Shown: positions 1 to 11,000, counted from the stretch's first letter. The stretch: 43,084 bases of DNA from Candidatus Poribacteria bacterium (GCA_036339735.1 JAYZAL010000072.1:1-43084); one strand, 5' to 3'. Notes: a model not told the origin generated them from the letters alone. Translations and numbers: made by a program.

Positions 1-416
1 AATACACCTAATAAATAGCGCCAAGATATAGGCTCTTGCAAAACTGTTAGACCGAGTAAACTTGCGATCAATAGTCCTAATATGCGAATAACAGGAGATG
101 CGATTGTGATCGGTGCGCCCGAGGCAAAGCTCGCATATAACCCTAACGTTACCAGACTAAAGCAAATACCAGCCGCAGTTCCTGCCACAACACCGGATGG
201 AGTAACTAAGTGATCAACGCGATGAAAGCTTTGCCACAAGAACCAAACTGATGAAATTGTAAATGTGCAAATACCAAAAATTAAAAATCCGAGGCCGTTC
301 GAAATTTTTCCAGCGGCCAACTTGGTACAAAAATCAGCCAACCCTAGAGCTAATCCGGTTCCTATTAAGTACGAAATCCAATTATCCATTTCTTGTTCTT
401 TCTTCTTGTTAGCCAT
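1..416 (-). CDS. EamA/DMT-family small membrane transporter, 3' end cut by window start
   Basis: Not in the ORF track. Manual translation gives (MANKKKEQE)MDNWISYLIGTGLALGLADFCTKLAAGKISNGLG...GAPITIASPVIRILGLLIASLLGLTVLQEPISWRYLLGV, with hydrophobic helices and an EamA-like G..L.E motif. ATG at 416 or 389; frame is open to the window edge. Confidence 0.7.
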   Translation of the reverse strand, partial: MANKKKEQEMDNWISYLIGTGLALGLADFCTKLAAGKISNGLGFLIFGICTFTISSVWFLWQSFHRVDHLVTPSGVVAGTAAGICFSLVTLGLYASFASGAPITIASPVIRILGLLIASLLGLTVLQEPISWRYLLGV

Positions 417-733
417 TATAGCCTATTAATTGAATTAGCCGTGATTTTTCAAGTATACCCAGTTTCAGAGGAACTTCGTTAGCAATAGATTTACAAAACG
501 CTAAACCAAATAACTGAATAGCAAATACTAAATGAGTTAGCGAATGCCAAGGAAAATCTAACTAAATTTAATTGTCCCAAGGTAAGTAGAGTTGTCTCTT
601 AATATATTTTTACTTGGTAAACAACCAAGGAGTGATAACTCTAGTAAAAGATGTTGCGCTGTTAGCTTATAAAAGTATTTGAGATTTAGCAAAAACTCAA
701 GCTCTATCTATTCTAAAGGAGTAAGATAATTCC

Positions 734-1855
734 ATGAAAATGTATCGAGTAGCGATTATTGGTCTAGGAGATATGGGAGGACATCACGCTCAAGCTGTTC
801 AAGCAGAAGAAAACTGTCAACTTATAGCGGGTTGTGATACTCAAAGCCAAAAAAGAAAAACATGGGGAAATCAGTTTGGTATTATGGCCACCTACCAATA
901 TTACATTGAGATGATCGAACAAGAACAACCTGATATAGTAATCATCTCAACACAGGCACCCGATCACCATGATCCAACATTAGCCGCAGCTGAACGGGGT
1001 ATTCACGTTCTTTGCGAAAAGCCAATAGCACTCAACTTGGTACAAGCTGATCGTATGGTTGATACTTGCAAATCTAACAAGATCAAATTTTCGGTCAACC
1101 ATCTAAAACGTAGTAGCCTTTACAATCAATTAGCTTTACAAATGATCGCTGATGGAAAAATTGGACAAATTGTTCAGATGCAAGCGAGAGATAAAGGAGG
1201 GCGTAAGGCTGGTAACTCTTTAATGGAGATGGGAACACATTTATATGATTGGTTACGACTATTTGGTGGGGATGTTGAGTGGGCTAACGCACATTTAACC
1301 CAAATTGATGGAGCAGAATCAACAGCCCAAGATATCAAACACACCCAAGAGGTACATCCGAATGATCGAGATGCTGGTTTAGTTCTAGGCGAACGAGGTT
1401 TTATTTCCTTTCGGTTCAAAAACGGAATTCATTCTGATATACAATTTTTGGCTCAAGATAAAACTAATGATACTGCTTATGGAATTGACATCATAGGAAC
1501 CGAAGGTCGAATTGCCATCCGAGAAAGTGTTGGCACCAGCATGTTTCTACATCAGGGGCAACATCAATCACCTGACCAACATTGGCAAAGGGTGCAATGC
1601 CCTGCCGAAGATCTAGACCTAAATGGAAAAGTTAGAACTAATAGCCAAAAGCGACTTTTCCTTCAACGGTTAATGTTAAGAGACTTACTTGATTCTATCG
1701 AAAACAACCGTATCCCCTTCGCTAGTGGAGAAGATGGTGCTAAATGTCTCGAAATGATTCACTCGAGTTGGGAATCTCATCGGCAACAATCGCGAGTTTA
1801 TACCCCACTAGAACCACGCGAACACCCACTAGAACGTTGGTTAGCGAAAGCTTGA
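734..1855 (+). CDS. Gfo/Idh/MocA family NAD(P)-dependent oxidoreductase
   Basis: Rossmann motif IIGLGDMG, HVLCEKP motif, EMGTHLYD; AAGGAG RBS upstream. Confidence 0.9.
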   Translation: MKMYRVAIIGLGDMGGHHAQAVQAEENCQLIAGCDTQSQKRKTWGNQFGIMATYQYYIEMIEQEQPDIVIISTQAPDHHDPTLAAAERGIHVLCEKPIALNLVQADRMVDTCKSNKIKFSVNHLKRSSLYNQLALQMIADGKIGQIVQMQARDKGGRKAGNSLMEMGTHLYDWLRLFGGDVEWANAHLTQIDGAESTAQDIKHTQEVHPNDRDAGLVLGERGFISFRFKNGIHSDIQFLAQDKTNDTAYGIDIIGTEGRIAIRESVGTSMFLHQGQHQSPDQHWQRVQCPAEDLDLNGKVRTNSQKRLFLQRLMLRDLLDSIENNRIPFASGEDGAKCLEMIHSSWESHRQQSRVYTPLEPREHPLERWLAKA

Positions 1856-2048
1856 TAGTCTTTGGCAAATTATTATCAATTGGTCGCTTATAAGTTTAGC
1901 TCTCAGGTTGCTTGGAGGAAACGAATATAAAGAACATCCGATACCGTTCTCGGGTTGATGAATAAAAAAGTTTTTAGCTTCTAGATGTTGGGTAAGGAGA
2001 GTGTATGCGGTAGACAGATGTCCCGTATTTTCAGGGAGGAATAAAATA

Positions 2049-2534
2049 TTAGCGTCGAAGGTAGCGTTGCATCATCCGTTGATCATCTTGCTTTTTTAAT
2101 TCTTCTCGTTTATCGTAGTTTTGTTTCCCACGGGCTAAGGCGATTTCGACTTTTACTCTGCCACGGCTGAAATAAGCGCGAGTTGGAATAACCGTTATAC
2201 CAGTAGCATTAGTTTTGGATGCTAGGCGACGAATTTCTTTTCGGTTGAGCAGCAACTTGCGAGGCCGTTTAGGTTCATGGTTGTCATGTGTACCATATTC
2301 GTAAGTAGCAATATGGGCGTCATGAAGAAAAACCTCACCATTATCAATTTTAGCATAACTATCGATCAAGCTAAGATGACCGGCCCTAATCGACTTGACC
2401 TCGGTCCCTAAAAGCACAACTCCAGCTTCAAATCGATCCATTAAATGGTAATCATGTCTAGCCTTTCGGTTTTGTGCAATCTGTTTCTGACCATTCCCAT
2501 TAGTTTCTCTTTGGATATTTTTTCCCTTTTTCAT
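2049..2534 (-). CDS. smpB: SsrA-binding protein SmpB
   Basis: NRKARHDY, EAGVVLLGTEVKSIR, RPRKLLL and KQNYDKRE motifs. Confidence 0.97.
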   Translation of the reverse strand: MKKGKNIQRETNGNGQKQIAQNRKARHDYHLMDRFEAGVVLLGTEVKSIRAGHLSLIDSYAKIDNGEVFLHDAHIATYEYGTHDNHEPKRPRKLLLNRKEIRRLASKTNATGITVIPTRAYFSRGRVKVEIALARGKQNYDKREELKKQDDQRMMQRYLRR

Positions 2535-2568
2535 TCTATTTTTTTCGTAATTTTCTCCCTTTCGATCG

Positions 2569-2577
2569 ATTATAGCA
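2569..2577 (-). promoter_or_regulatory. Putative extended -10 promoter (TGcTATAAT) for smpB
   Basis: Minus-strand TGCTATAAT about 35 nt upstream of the smpB ATG. Confidence 0.45.
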
Positions 2578-2688
2578 TAAAAATAATTTTACCAAAATCA
2601 TCTTCAGCCGGTAGATGGAACCGATACATTCTAATGATTCTATGCTAGAATGAAGAATTAGACCTCTGTAGGTTGGAATAGTTGTCTT

Positions 2689-4017
2689 ATGTCGTCCACT
2701 TCAAAAGAAAATTTTGGTACTCCTAATCGCAAAGATAAACCCTATCAAGACCAAAAACACAATTTTCGAGTAGCCTTGGTACAAGGAGTCTTAATTCGAA
2801 TTTCCCTTGCCTTTGCCGAGCCAACTACTATCCTTTCTGTTTTTATCAAACAATTGACTCAGAATGATTTATTAGTTGGGTTGACCGGTTCGGTTATGAC
2901 AGCTGGTTGGATGTTGCCACAACTGTTAATTTCAAATCTAATCGAGCATCATCCCCGCAAAATGCCTTACTACGTTGTTGGTATGACCTGTAGAGTTCTT
3001 GCTTGGTCTTTGATTTGTGGGGCGACTTTCTTAATTTCAGTTGATCAGTCTTCACTCTTGGCGGGCATTGCTTTGACGCTTTATTTTCTATCATCTTCTT
3101 CTATGGGTATTTCAACTTTACCCTATATGGACATTATTTCTAAGTCGATTCCGCCAGACCGACGAGCACGATTTTTTAGTTGGCGACAATTATTGGGTCG
3201 ATTCTTTGAATTTTTAATCGGATACTTTTTAGTATCTTATGTCTTAGATTCAAAGAGATCCGGGATTATGTTTCCTCATAATTACGCATTTCTGTTTGGT
3301 TGTACAACCGTTTCAGCTTTGCTTGCATTTTTGGTGTTTTTACGCATTCGAGAACCAATCTTACCAGTACGAACTGATCAGTTATCGCTTATCGATCATC
3401 TTAGGCAAGGGCCTCAAATCATTAAAACTGATCCGCACTATCGTCGTTTTCTAATGTTTCGCATCTGTGGGCACTTCGTTGGTATATCTACTCCTTTCTA
3501 CGCGACTCATGCACTAGATATTCTTCCAGACGTTTCTCCATCCATTGCTGGCCATTTTTTAGCGACAGCCGCCTTTACTGGGGTTATTTCCAATTTCTTT
3601 TGGCGATATTTGGGAGAACGTTTTGGCACTCGTTCGATCTTGATAGTAACGGGAGGATTATTCTGCATGCCTCCGTTGGTGGCAATTACCACATTACTCT
3701 TACCTTCTAAACTGCAGATGGGTTATTACTTCCTAGTCTATGCTATTAGTGGTATTTCAACCAATGGTGTAATGGTTGGTTTTATGACTTACGCTCTTAA
3801 TATCGCCCCAAGTCAAAACCGGCCTACCTACATTGGGTTCATGAACACTCTACTGTTCCCTTTCGCATTTGTACCTTTGATTGGAGGTGCAACCTTAAAA
3901 TTCTTCGGTGATTGGGTCACCATTAACCACTTATTTGGATTGTCTTTCATCAGTGGCATTATTTCTTTTTTTATGTCTCTCCGATTGGAAGAAATCATCC
4001 GAGGAGAGGATGATTAA
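2689..4017 (+). CDS. MFS transporter
   Basis: About 12 hydrophobic segments; MFS-like loop motifs YLGERFGTR and NIAPSQNRPTY. Confidence 0.85.
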   Translation: MSSTSKENFGTPNRKDKPYQDQKHNFRVALVQGVLIRISLAFAEPTTILSVFIKQLTQNDLLVGLTGSVMTAGWMLPQLLISNLIEHHPRKMPYYVVGMTCRVLAWSLICGATFLISVDQSSLLAGIALTLYFLSSSSMGISTLPYMDIISKSIPPDRRARFFSWRQLLGRFFEFLIGYFLVSYVLDSKRSGIMFPHNYAFLFGCTTVSALLAFLVFLRIREPILPVRTDQLSLIDHLRQGPQIIKTDPHYRRFLMFRICGHFVGISTPFYATHALDILPDVSPSIAGHFLATAAFTGVISNFFWRYLGERFGTRSILIVTGGLFCMPPLVAITTLLLPSKLQMGYYFLVYAISGISTNGVMVGFMTYALNIAPSQNRPTYIGFMNTLLFPFAFVPLIGGATLKFFGDWVTINHLFGLSFISGIISFFMSLRLEEIIRGEDD

Positions 4018-4236
4018 TCACTTTCAACAATTGATCACCAATACTCTAGGGGAAATTCATTTGAAAATTTTCTGTCCTTTTTGGGTTATTTATAATATGA
4101 GATAGGGATAATGGTTTTAGTAATGTTGAAAATCACCTTTCTATAGTAAGTTAAATCACGTTGACTAATGGTTAATAACTAAACAAAGACTATAAATTTT
4201 GTTCCAAGTAGTTTTAATTTTCGATCGTAGTCTGAA

Positions 4237-7200
4237 CTAATCGGCGTATAATACGCTCAATTGCTGGCTGGTTCGGTGCAAAACATAAATTTGATTAGTT
4301 TTAGGATTATAATTCCCGCTACTCGGTCCCTGTGGGAGGTTTAGGCCAATGTCCTTCACCATGGTTTGGCGAGGCATTTCAACCGCTGATACGATTCCAC
4401 CTCGGTCAATTATATAGAGAATTTCTCTTCCCAACGATAAAGGTTGAATAGCTACAACAGCCGAACGACGACCTGTATTAATACGATTGACTTCAAGCCT
4501 ATTTTCGGTTTGAATTACGCTAACATCCCCAGATAGAGAATTAACAACGTACAAATATTTCTGACCATTATTCAATTTATTACCTAAAGCAATTTGCTTA
4601 GGTTTTTGTCCGACTCGAATTCGATACAATTCCCTCTCGGCTTGTAAATCAATGACTGAAACAGTATCATCGCTAGTGTTGCAAACGTAGAGGTAAAGTT
4701 GATTGATATCCGCTACCATTGGGCCAGGTTCGCGAGCCACTGGAATTCGATATTTCCTAGCTGGTATAGTTAGGTCTACCACAGCAATTTTATTTTCTCT
4801 TCGCAAAGCCACATACATTCGATTACCAACAATTTGACAATGGTCTGGATAGTCTCCAATGGCAAAGCGATGGATCTCCTGCTGTGATTGAGTGTCAATG
4901 ACAGCTATCTGGTCAATAGCAGATAATGAAACCAACAGTTGATTTCGCCAGACTGCTAAACCTGAAGGTTGACAAATGTCTGGCTGATTCAGCACAAGTT
5001 CACTTGTTTGGGTTAAGTTGTCCAAAACGGTTATGGTTCCGCTAATTTGATTACTAACATAGAGGCGGTTTTGACTATCTATAGTCATCTTGTTAGGGGA
5101 ATGTAACCCGTTTCTGATAATGGACGATCGATTCAAGAATGGGCTCAGGCGTACATGTATTTTAGCCTGTCCTAATCGAGTAATCACAGTTTCTGTCCGT
5201 GGTATATGGGCCTCTGCTTGGACTGAAATCTCGTACCGCCCATCTTGACTAAAAGGCAATTGAAATCGTCCCACAGCACTGGTTAAATTTACTACCTGCT
5301 GATTGTCGATTGACCGTAGCTGAAGTTGGACAGGGGCTAATATCTGCTCTGTTTCTAGATCAATAACTGTTCCACTTACTTCTCCAACTTTACTAAACCT
5401 TACTTGAATCGTTTGTAACCGGCTACCATCTGAAATCTCAATTTCACTTTGATGTTGTCCTGTGGGTAGTTCATCTATTTTTTGAATAAAGATTTCAACT
5501 TCGTCACTGGTTGACGATAACAAAGTACCAGTTAGTGATTGCCTACCAACAACTTTCTGTTGGTAACGAAGACCTATCCACCTAGCTGATGATGACAAAC
5601 CCCAATCAACAACGGCTTGGCCATGATTGTTGAATTTGATAGATTGACTCGACCGTTCGAGGTCGTCTGCGGTCCCTATGCCAAAATCAGCCATAGTAGT
5701 TGATAGTTGCAACTCTGATCTTGGCACACTCATTTTTACTGAAACCTGTTTAATCTCAGCTTTTTCAGCCTTAACTATTATTTTTGACTCATACTCACCA
5801 GCAGCCAAATTTGTACGATCGACATTCATTTGGATTGCCATATTTTCTCTTCGTAGGTGGCCACTAGTAGGAGAAAATGTCAGCCAATTGGAATTCTCTG
5901 ACTTAGGCTGTTCTTTTTCAATATTCCATACCAAACGGCCAGTACCAATATTTGTGATGGTAAAGTCTCTGGTCTGTTGACTTGAGCCAAAATCAAAATG
6001 GTTAATTGATAACGAAATTTCGGGCTCTTCCCCCACGCTCATCCGAATTTTCACTGTTTGCTGGTCGTTATAACCGGCTGGGCCTTGGGTTCTTATCATA
6101 ACTTCGCTAGTATAATCATCAATCGGTAATTGATGCCGATCGATGACTAGCTCAACACGATCTAAGTCAATATCAGTTAACCCAGTTTTAGGCGTGTAGT
6201 GTAACCAGTCGGCTCCACCAGAAATCTGCCAACCAAATTGACCTGTACCTACGTTATCAATTATTAGTGGTAATCGATTCTTATCTTCACCAAAATTGAT
6301 AATTTTTGCGGACAGACTTAACCTTGGTTCTGGAATCTTGACTGTTATAAATAAACTACGGAGATCCTCTGAATTTGGAGGCTGTACTAAATCAAGATCT
6401 TGATTATTTATTCGCTCTATCCTAACTGTTTCGTTAATCTGAAAGCCGACTGGAAAATCGGCTAATTCATCTTCGTCAATTTCCAACTTAACGAGTTCAA
6501 CCTCACCGGCCATTATGCTTCCCGAAGTCGGTGAGATATAAAGCCAATCTGAACGCTTGGTTTTTTCAGCTTCCCAATCCAAACGACCTGAGCCCGTATT
6601 TAGTACTTTGATCATTCTGTACTGACGATTCAATCCAAAATCGACCGAATTGGGGATAACCGCAAGTACAGGTTTGGGTGGGATGTTCAAGGTAATATCA
6701 ATTTTCTTTACAAAGGTAGGTTCAACTACTGGATCAGGTACTGCCTGTTCAAAGGTTTGGACCATTAAGATTGCCCCCAATCGACCAGGTGTTTGTCTTC
6801 GATCTGCAGTCAATAAAACGATTATTTCTGACTCGGCAGCAACAGTACCAGTACTCGGTGTCGTTTTAACCCAGTCTCCATCAATGGTAGTCGACCAATG
6901 TAAGTCAGCCTTTCCTATATTACGAATAGTTACAGTTCGTTGGTTTTCGGTTTCCGAAAAGTCAATAAAATCTACGTCAATATCAGCTATTCCTGTTGCA
7001 AAAATAGCTTGGATGCGTTCTGACCTAACACTTTCGAGATTTCCACTTTCGTAGTTTTTAATTCCACTAACGCTATAAATGTAAGTTCGATTGGGTACGA
7101 CATCAGTATCAAGAAGATATAGCTGGTCGGTATCGGCTATTTTTTTTTCGTATTGCTTACCGTCGGGGTCATGGACGAGACGATAAACTTGGTAGCGGTC

Positions 7201-7416
7201 CGGAATGTTATCAATACTGGTATCGATAATTACATTCCAACTGAGTTGAAGTCCATCCTTCAATTGCTCAAATGATAAATTTTTCGGGCTCACTGGTTCT
7301 ATATTTGGTTCACTTTCATCTTTTTGGCAACTCATTAGCCCGAGAAAAATCGCCAATGAGTGAAAGAAGAAATGTCCAAATGAGCGTCTAAGCCAAGTAT
7401 AGGGGAAATAGCGCAT
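4237..7416 (-). CDS. Large surface lipoprotein: FN3-like domain, about 5 BACON/Ig-like repeats, carboxypeptidase-regulatory-like domain and YVTN/YncE-like beta-propeller
   Basis: Lipobox-like GLMSC; repeated DF(G/S)...I.N.G.G.L.W....W...P..G units; GTVIDLET..P; C-terminal LYV.N..S..V.VID repeats. Confidence 0.75.
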   Translation of the reverse strand: MRYFPYTWLRRSFGHFFFHSLAIFLGLMSCQKDESEPNIEPVSPKNLSFEQLKDGLQLSWNVIIDTSIDNIPDRYQVYRLVHDPDGKQYEKKIADTDQLYLLDTDVVPNRTYIYSVSGIKNYESGNLESVRSERIQAIFATGIADIDVDFIDFSETENQRTVTIRNIGKADLHWSTTIDGDWVKTTPSTGTVAAESEIIVLLTADRRQTPGRLGAILMVQTFEQAVPDPVVEPTFVKKIDITLNIPPKPVLAVIPNSVDFGLNRQYRMIKVLNTGSGRLDWEAEKTKRSDWLYISPTSGSIMAGEVELVKLEIDEDELADFPVGFQINETVRIERINNQDLDLVQPPNSEDLRSLFITVKIPEPRLSLSAKIINFGEDKNRLPLIIDNVGTGQFGWQISGGADWLHYTPKTGLTDIDLDRVELVIDRHQLPIDDYTSEVMIRTQGPAGYNDQQTVKIRMSVGEEPEISLSINHFDFGSSQQTRDFTITNIGTGRLVWNIEKEQPKSENSNWLTFSPTSGHLRRENMAIQMNVDRTNLAAGEYESKIIVKAEKAEIKQVSVKMSVPRSELQLSTTMADFGIGTADDLERSSQSIKFNNHGQAVVDWGLSSSARWIGLRYQQKVVGRQSLTGTLLSSTSDEVEIFIQKIDELPTGQHQSEIEISDGSRLQTIQVRFSKVGEVSGTVIDLETEQILAPVQLQLRSIDNQQVVNLTSAVGRFQLPFSQDGRYEISVQAEAHIPRTETVITRLGQAKIHVRLSPFLNRSSIIRNGLHSPNKMTIDSQNRLYVSNQISGTITVLDNLTQTSELVLNQPDICQPSGLAVWRNQLLVSLSAIDQIAVIDTQSQQEIHRFAIGDYPDHCQIVGNRMYVALRRENKIAVVDLTIPARKYRIPVAREPGPMVADINQLYLYVCNTSDDTVSVIDLQAERELYRIRVGQKPKQIALGNKLNNGQKYLYVVNSLSGDVSVIQTENRLEVNRINTGRRSAVVAIQPLSLGREILYIIDRGGIVSAVEMPRQTMVKDIGLNLPQGPSSGNYNPKTNQIYVLHRTSQQLSVLYAD

Positions 7417-7421
7417 GAATT

Positions 7422-9161
7422 TTATCTAGGTCTGGATCTTTTATGCCGTTTTGCAACCAGCACTCGCTCTCGCTTTGATGGCTGAGATTGCACTTTAAAT
7501 CCGACTGGTGATTTTTTTTTGGATATTATTGTTTGATCTACTGGAGTATCTTGCTTTTGACTAGCTTCGGCTAGCTCTCTTTGATACTCATCGTAGGTTC
7601 CAGAATAAAAAGTGGCTTTATTCTCACCAAAAATCAGTAACCGACTAGCCAGTTTACTCAGTAGATAACGATCGTGAGAAATCATTAAAACTGTCGCTGA
7701 ATAGTCAATCAAAGCCTTTTCTAGAGCCTCTCTAGCATGAATGTCAAGATGGTTGGTTGGTTCGTCTAGTAATAAAACATTATCTTGCTTTAACAAGAGT
7801 TTAGCTAATAATAATCGACCCCGCTCTCCTCCACTCAAATCGGCAACCAATTTGAAGACTTCTTCGCCAGTGAATAAAAAAGTTGCCAACAGACTACGTA
7901 TTTGCCCGTCAGTCCAAAGTGGCTGCTGTCGCCGAATTTCGTCAAGAAGAGTAGACCCTTCATCTAAGTCTGTCAACTCTTGATCATAGTAACCAAACGT
8001 TAAATTGTGGCCAACGTAAATTGTACCGCCACTTGGTTGTAGTTGTCCCAATATCATCCTCAGGAAGGTTGTCTTGCCAGAACCATTAGGCCCTAAAATC
8101 CCGACGATATCTCCTCGAAATATGTCGCAATTTAGATCTGAAAAAACTATTTTATCGTCAAAGACCTTGTTCAACTGCCGGCACTGAAGGATTTCATTTC
8201 CACCTCGAATCTGCGGCTGAAACTTTATTTTCATCGTTCCATCGGTAACTTCCGGAGCCTCAATCATTTCCAATCGATCTAGTCTAGTGCGTCGGCCTTG
8301 CGCTTGTTTGCTCTTTTGCCCCGCTAAATTCTGACGGATAAATTCTTTTTCTTTGACAATAAATTGCTGTTGTTTTTTATACTCTTTCTCTTGTGTTAGA
8401 ACCTCTAAGGCTTTTGTTTTGCGGTATTGGGAGTAATTACCACGATAAATCGTCAGACGTTGATTTCTCAATTGCAGAATTTTTGTAGCCACTCGATCCA
8501 AGAAATATCGATCGTGCGAGATCATCAAAACTGAACCAGAATAGACTTTATTGAGATAATTTTCCAACCATTCAGTAGATTTGATGTCGAGATGGTTAGT
8601 TGGCTCATCTAACAGTAACAAATCTGGATCTTGAAGCAAAATCTTAGCCAAAGCTAACCGATTACGTTGTCCACCACTGAGGTTTTTGGTAAATAATTTC
8701 CAATCTTTTTCCTGAAACCCTAATCCTGACAGGGCCTTTTTGATTGACAGCTCATACTGATAACCTCCATTCTGATCATGTTTTTCCTGCAAGTGCGCAA
8801 ATTTTTGTAATAAGTCAGGTTGACTAGATTCATCTTCTAGCTCCAGCATCAATTCTAACATCTGGTCTTCTAGTCGCTGCTGCTTATAAAAAATTTGTAG
8901 TAATTCTTGATGGAGAGTTAGCTCTGGATTCAGGTCAGGATCCTGACTAAGGTGACCGACTCGTAATTGTTTGGCGAATTGCACTTTTCCTTGATATTCA
9001 AAAATTTGACCAACCAAGATTTTCATCAAAGTGGTCTTTCCTGATCCGTTTTTACCAATTAAGCCAAGTCGATCTCTTTTCTCAATTGAAAAAGATACAT
9101 CTTCCAGAACTGAAAAGGTTTCATAAGATTTACTAACCGTTTCAACAGTGATTAGCGACAT
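7422..9161 (-). CDS. ABC-F family ATP-binding protein
   Basis: Two ABC cassettes (GKNGSGKTT and GPNGSGKTT, LSGG, LLDEPTNHLD twice); no transmembrane segments. Confidence 0.93.
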   Translation of the reverse strand: MSLITVETVSKSYETFSVLEDVSFSIEKRDRLGLIGKNGSGKTTLMKILVGQIFEYQGKVQFAKQLRVGHLSQDPDLNPELTLHQELLQIFYKQQRLEDQMLELMLELEDESSQPDLLQKFAHLQEKHDQNGGYQYELSIKKALSGLGFQEKDWKLFTKNLSGGQRNRLALAKILLQDPDLLLLDEPTNHLDIKSTEWLENYLNKVYSGSVLMISHDRYFLDRVATKILQLRNQRLTIYRGNYSQYRKTKALEVLTQEKEYKKQQQFIVKEKEFIRQNLAGQKSKQAQGRRTRLDRLEMIEAPEVTDGTMKIKFQPQIRGGNEILQCRQLNKVFDDKIVFSDLNCDIFRGDIVGILGPNGSGKTTFLRMILGQLQPSGGTIYVGHNLTFGYYDQELTDLDEGSTLLDEIRRQQPLWTDGQIRSLLATFLFTGEEVFKLVADLSGGERGRLLLAKLLLKQDNVLLLDEPTNHLDIHAREALEKALIDYSATVLMISHDRYLLSKLASRLLIFGENKATFYSGTYDEYQRELAEASQKQDTPVDQTIISKKKSPVGFKVQSQPSKRERVLVAKRHKRSRPR

Positions 9162-9171
9162 TTTGCTTTAA

Positions 9172-9882
9172 CTATGATTTGTTTTCTTCATCAATTGAAA
9201 TCGATATTGATTTGCTATCCGCGTCACCAGTTGGTTCTATAGTAAGCGTCTGTGGTGAATCTAAACTGATTGATTCATCCAAGGTTATAGTTTCAGTGGA
9301 AGACTGCTGGGTCATTTCAGACAATTTCTCTAACATGTCTCGAGCCATTTCTCCTGCCTGAGCACTAGGTGATAATTCAAGAACTTTTTGAAAATCCGCC
9401 TCAGCCAAATCGAATCGATCTTGCTTGTAATGTAGAAGGGCTCGGTTGCAGTAGGCTTCAGCAAAGTCTGGTCGGATTTGAATAGCGGTGTTATAGTCAG
9501 CTAAACTCTCTTCAGGCTTATTGAAGTTTCCATAAGCGAATCCACGATTCATAAACAGTAAAGCAATTTCTGGATGTTGGCGTTTCTGGTCTAGTTCGAT
9601 TGCAACTGTGAAATCATCGATGGCCAAATCCCAAGCCGGTTGATCAGGGTCAATTAATTCCCCATCTGCATTGGTAGCCCGAAAAAAATCAGGAATTGAG
9701 GTGTAAGATAAACCCCGATTGGCATATGCTTCCAAATGTCTACTATCTAATTTGATAGCCTCAGTGTATTTTTCTATGGCATCTAGATATTTGCCAGTGT
9801 TGAGTAGTCCGTTTGCTTCTTGATAAACGACTTCAGCTGGAGACACTTTACTATGTAAAGTCAAAAATATAGTTGAAAACAT
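9172..9882 (-). CDS. Tetratricopeptide repeat protein
   Basis: Repeated AY.NRG...A..D...AI.L.P TPR consensus. Confidence 0.85.
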   Translation of the reverse strand: MFSTIFLTLHSKVSPAEVVYQEANGLLNTGKYLDAIEKYTEAIKLDSRHLEAYANRGLSYTSIPDFFRATNADGELIDPDQPAWDLAIDDFTVAIELDQKRQHPEIALLFMNRGFAYGNFNKPEESLADYNTAIQIRPDFAEAYCNRALLHYKQDRFDLAEADFQKVLELSPSAQAGEMARDMLEKLSEMTQQSSTETITLDESISLDSPQTLTIEPTGDADSKSISISIDEENKS

Positions 9883-9931
9883 GTAGGCTTAACTACCTCT
9901 TATATATTAAGTGAATGGATTTTATTGTAAG

Positions 9932-10705
9932 TTAATTTTGGAACAAATAACTACCTTTTTGCCAGTATGCACTATGATAATCAATCTCAATGATAGGATC
10001 CGTGATATTATGTTGCTTCCGGTAATCAAGAACTGCAGCCTTCTCACCGCAGATATCGCTTAACCCCCAATCATCGATTATAATATACCCACCAGTGGAA
10101 ACCTTTGGGTATAGATATCTTAAGCTCTGTATGGTTGAGTCGTAAAAGTCACCATCAACCCTCAAAACAGATAACTTTGAGATGGAAGCTGACGGTAATG
10201 TGTCAGAAAACCAACCGGGAAGAAATTGAACTTGTTCATCAAGGAGACCATAACGATGAAAATTGGACTCAACAGTAGCTAAAGGTACTGAAAAAAAATT
10301 AGTCTCCTGTACTTCAGGCATTTTATACATTTTTTGGTCTAAATCATTATTAGGCTTTGGCAATCCCTGAAAAGAATCGGCAACCCAGACAGTTCTGTCG
10401 TTAACTTGGTGAGCTGCTAAAACTGCTCTCATCAGTATAGACACCCCTCCACGCCAAACACCACACTCAATCAAATCACCGGGAATACCGTTCCCAATAC
10501 AGGATTCAATACAAAACTGAACATTGTCTAGCCGTTTTTGACTACACATCGTCAAGGTTTTGCCGAACCAAAAATGGTCAAACCACTCGTCAGTTGATTG
10601 TTCTTCCAATGTTTGAGGGGACAAGATGGTTTTTGGAACGGGTGTGTTTAGACCATCCATCAAACTTAACTTGACCGTCTCTAAGTATTGTGTCTTAAGA
10701 TCCAT
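9932..10705 (-). CDS. TylF/MycF/NovP-family O-methyltransferase
   Basis: GDLIECGVWRGG, ADSFQGLP, GWFSDTLP, LRVDGDFYDST and GGYIIIDD motifs; likely start ATG at 10705 (track starts at 10777). Confidence 0.9.
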   Translation of the reverse strand: MDLKTQYLETVKLSLMDGLNTPVPKTILSPQTLEEQSTDEWFDHFWFGKTLTMCSQKRLDNVQFCIESCIGNGIPGDLIECGVWRGGVSILMRAVLAAHQVNDRTVWVADSFQGLPKPNNDLDQKMYKMPEVQETNFFSVPLATVESNFHRYGLLDEQVQFLPGWFSDTLPSASISKLSVLRVDGDFYDSTIQSLRYLYPKVSTGGYIIIDDWGLSDICGEKAAVLDYRKQHNITDPIIEIDYHSAYWQKGSYLFQN

Positions 10706-10916
10706 ATTTCCAGTTATACCAACGAGGAGTATAATTGGTGTCAGCGATCTGTGTATGCAGACAGACGCCTTTGCCAATTGATTTTAATTTACAGTCAACA
10801 TTATGAAGCATGGAGGTCTGACTTAAGTTCTCCACCGAGAAGACATCTTAACTTGTATGGCATCAGTTATTTCTATCCGATTAAGGTGAGACATTTCCAC
10901 TGACTTGATTTGACAT

Positions 10917-10946
10917 TTGACATAAATAGACAAGGTGTAGGATAAT
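10917..10946 (+). promoter_or_regulatory. Putative sigma70 promoter
   Basis: TTGACA (10917-10922), 18 nt spacer, GATAAT; a second TTGACA at 10910-10915. Confidence 0.45.
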
Positions 10947-11000
10947 AAATTTGTAATCTGCCAACCACAAACCCCAATCCAGCTTAAAGAATACAACGAT

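Noticed and set aside
1856-2048. tmRNA (ssrA) next to smpB
   Set aside because: The gap is too short and has no tRNA-like acceptor or T-arm ends
5678-7054. Antisense ORFs in the track (5678-5980, 6650-7054, and similar ones such as 27106-27549, 38135-38575, 39914-40408)
   Set aside because: They shadow well-supported genes on the opposite strand and have no recognisable motifs
10706-10910. Riboswitch, or small gene 10688-10903, in the divergent gap
   Set aside because: No convincing aptamer consensus; the ORF overlaps the methyltransferase start and lacks an RBS
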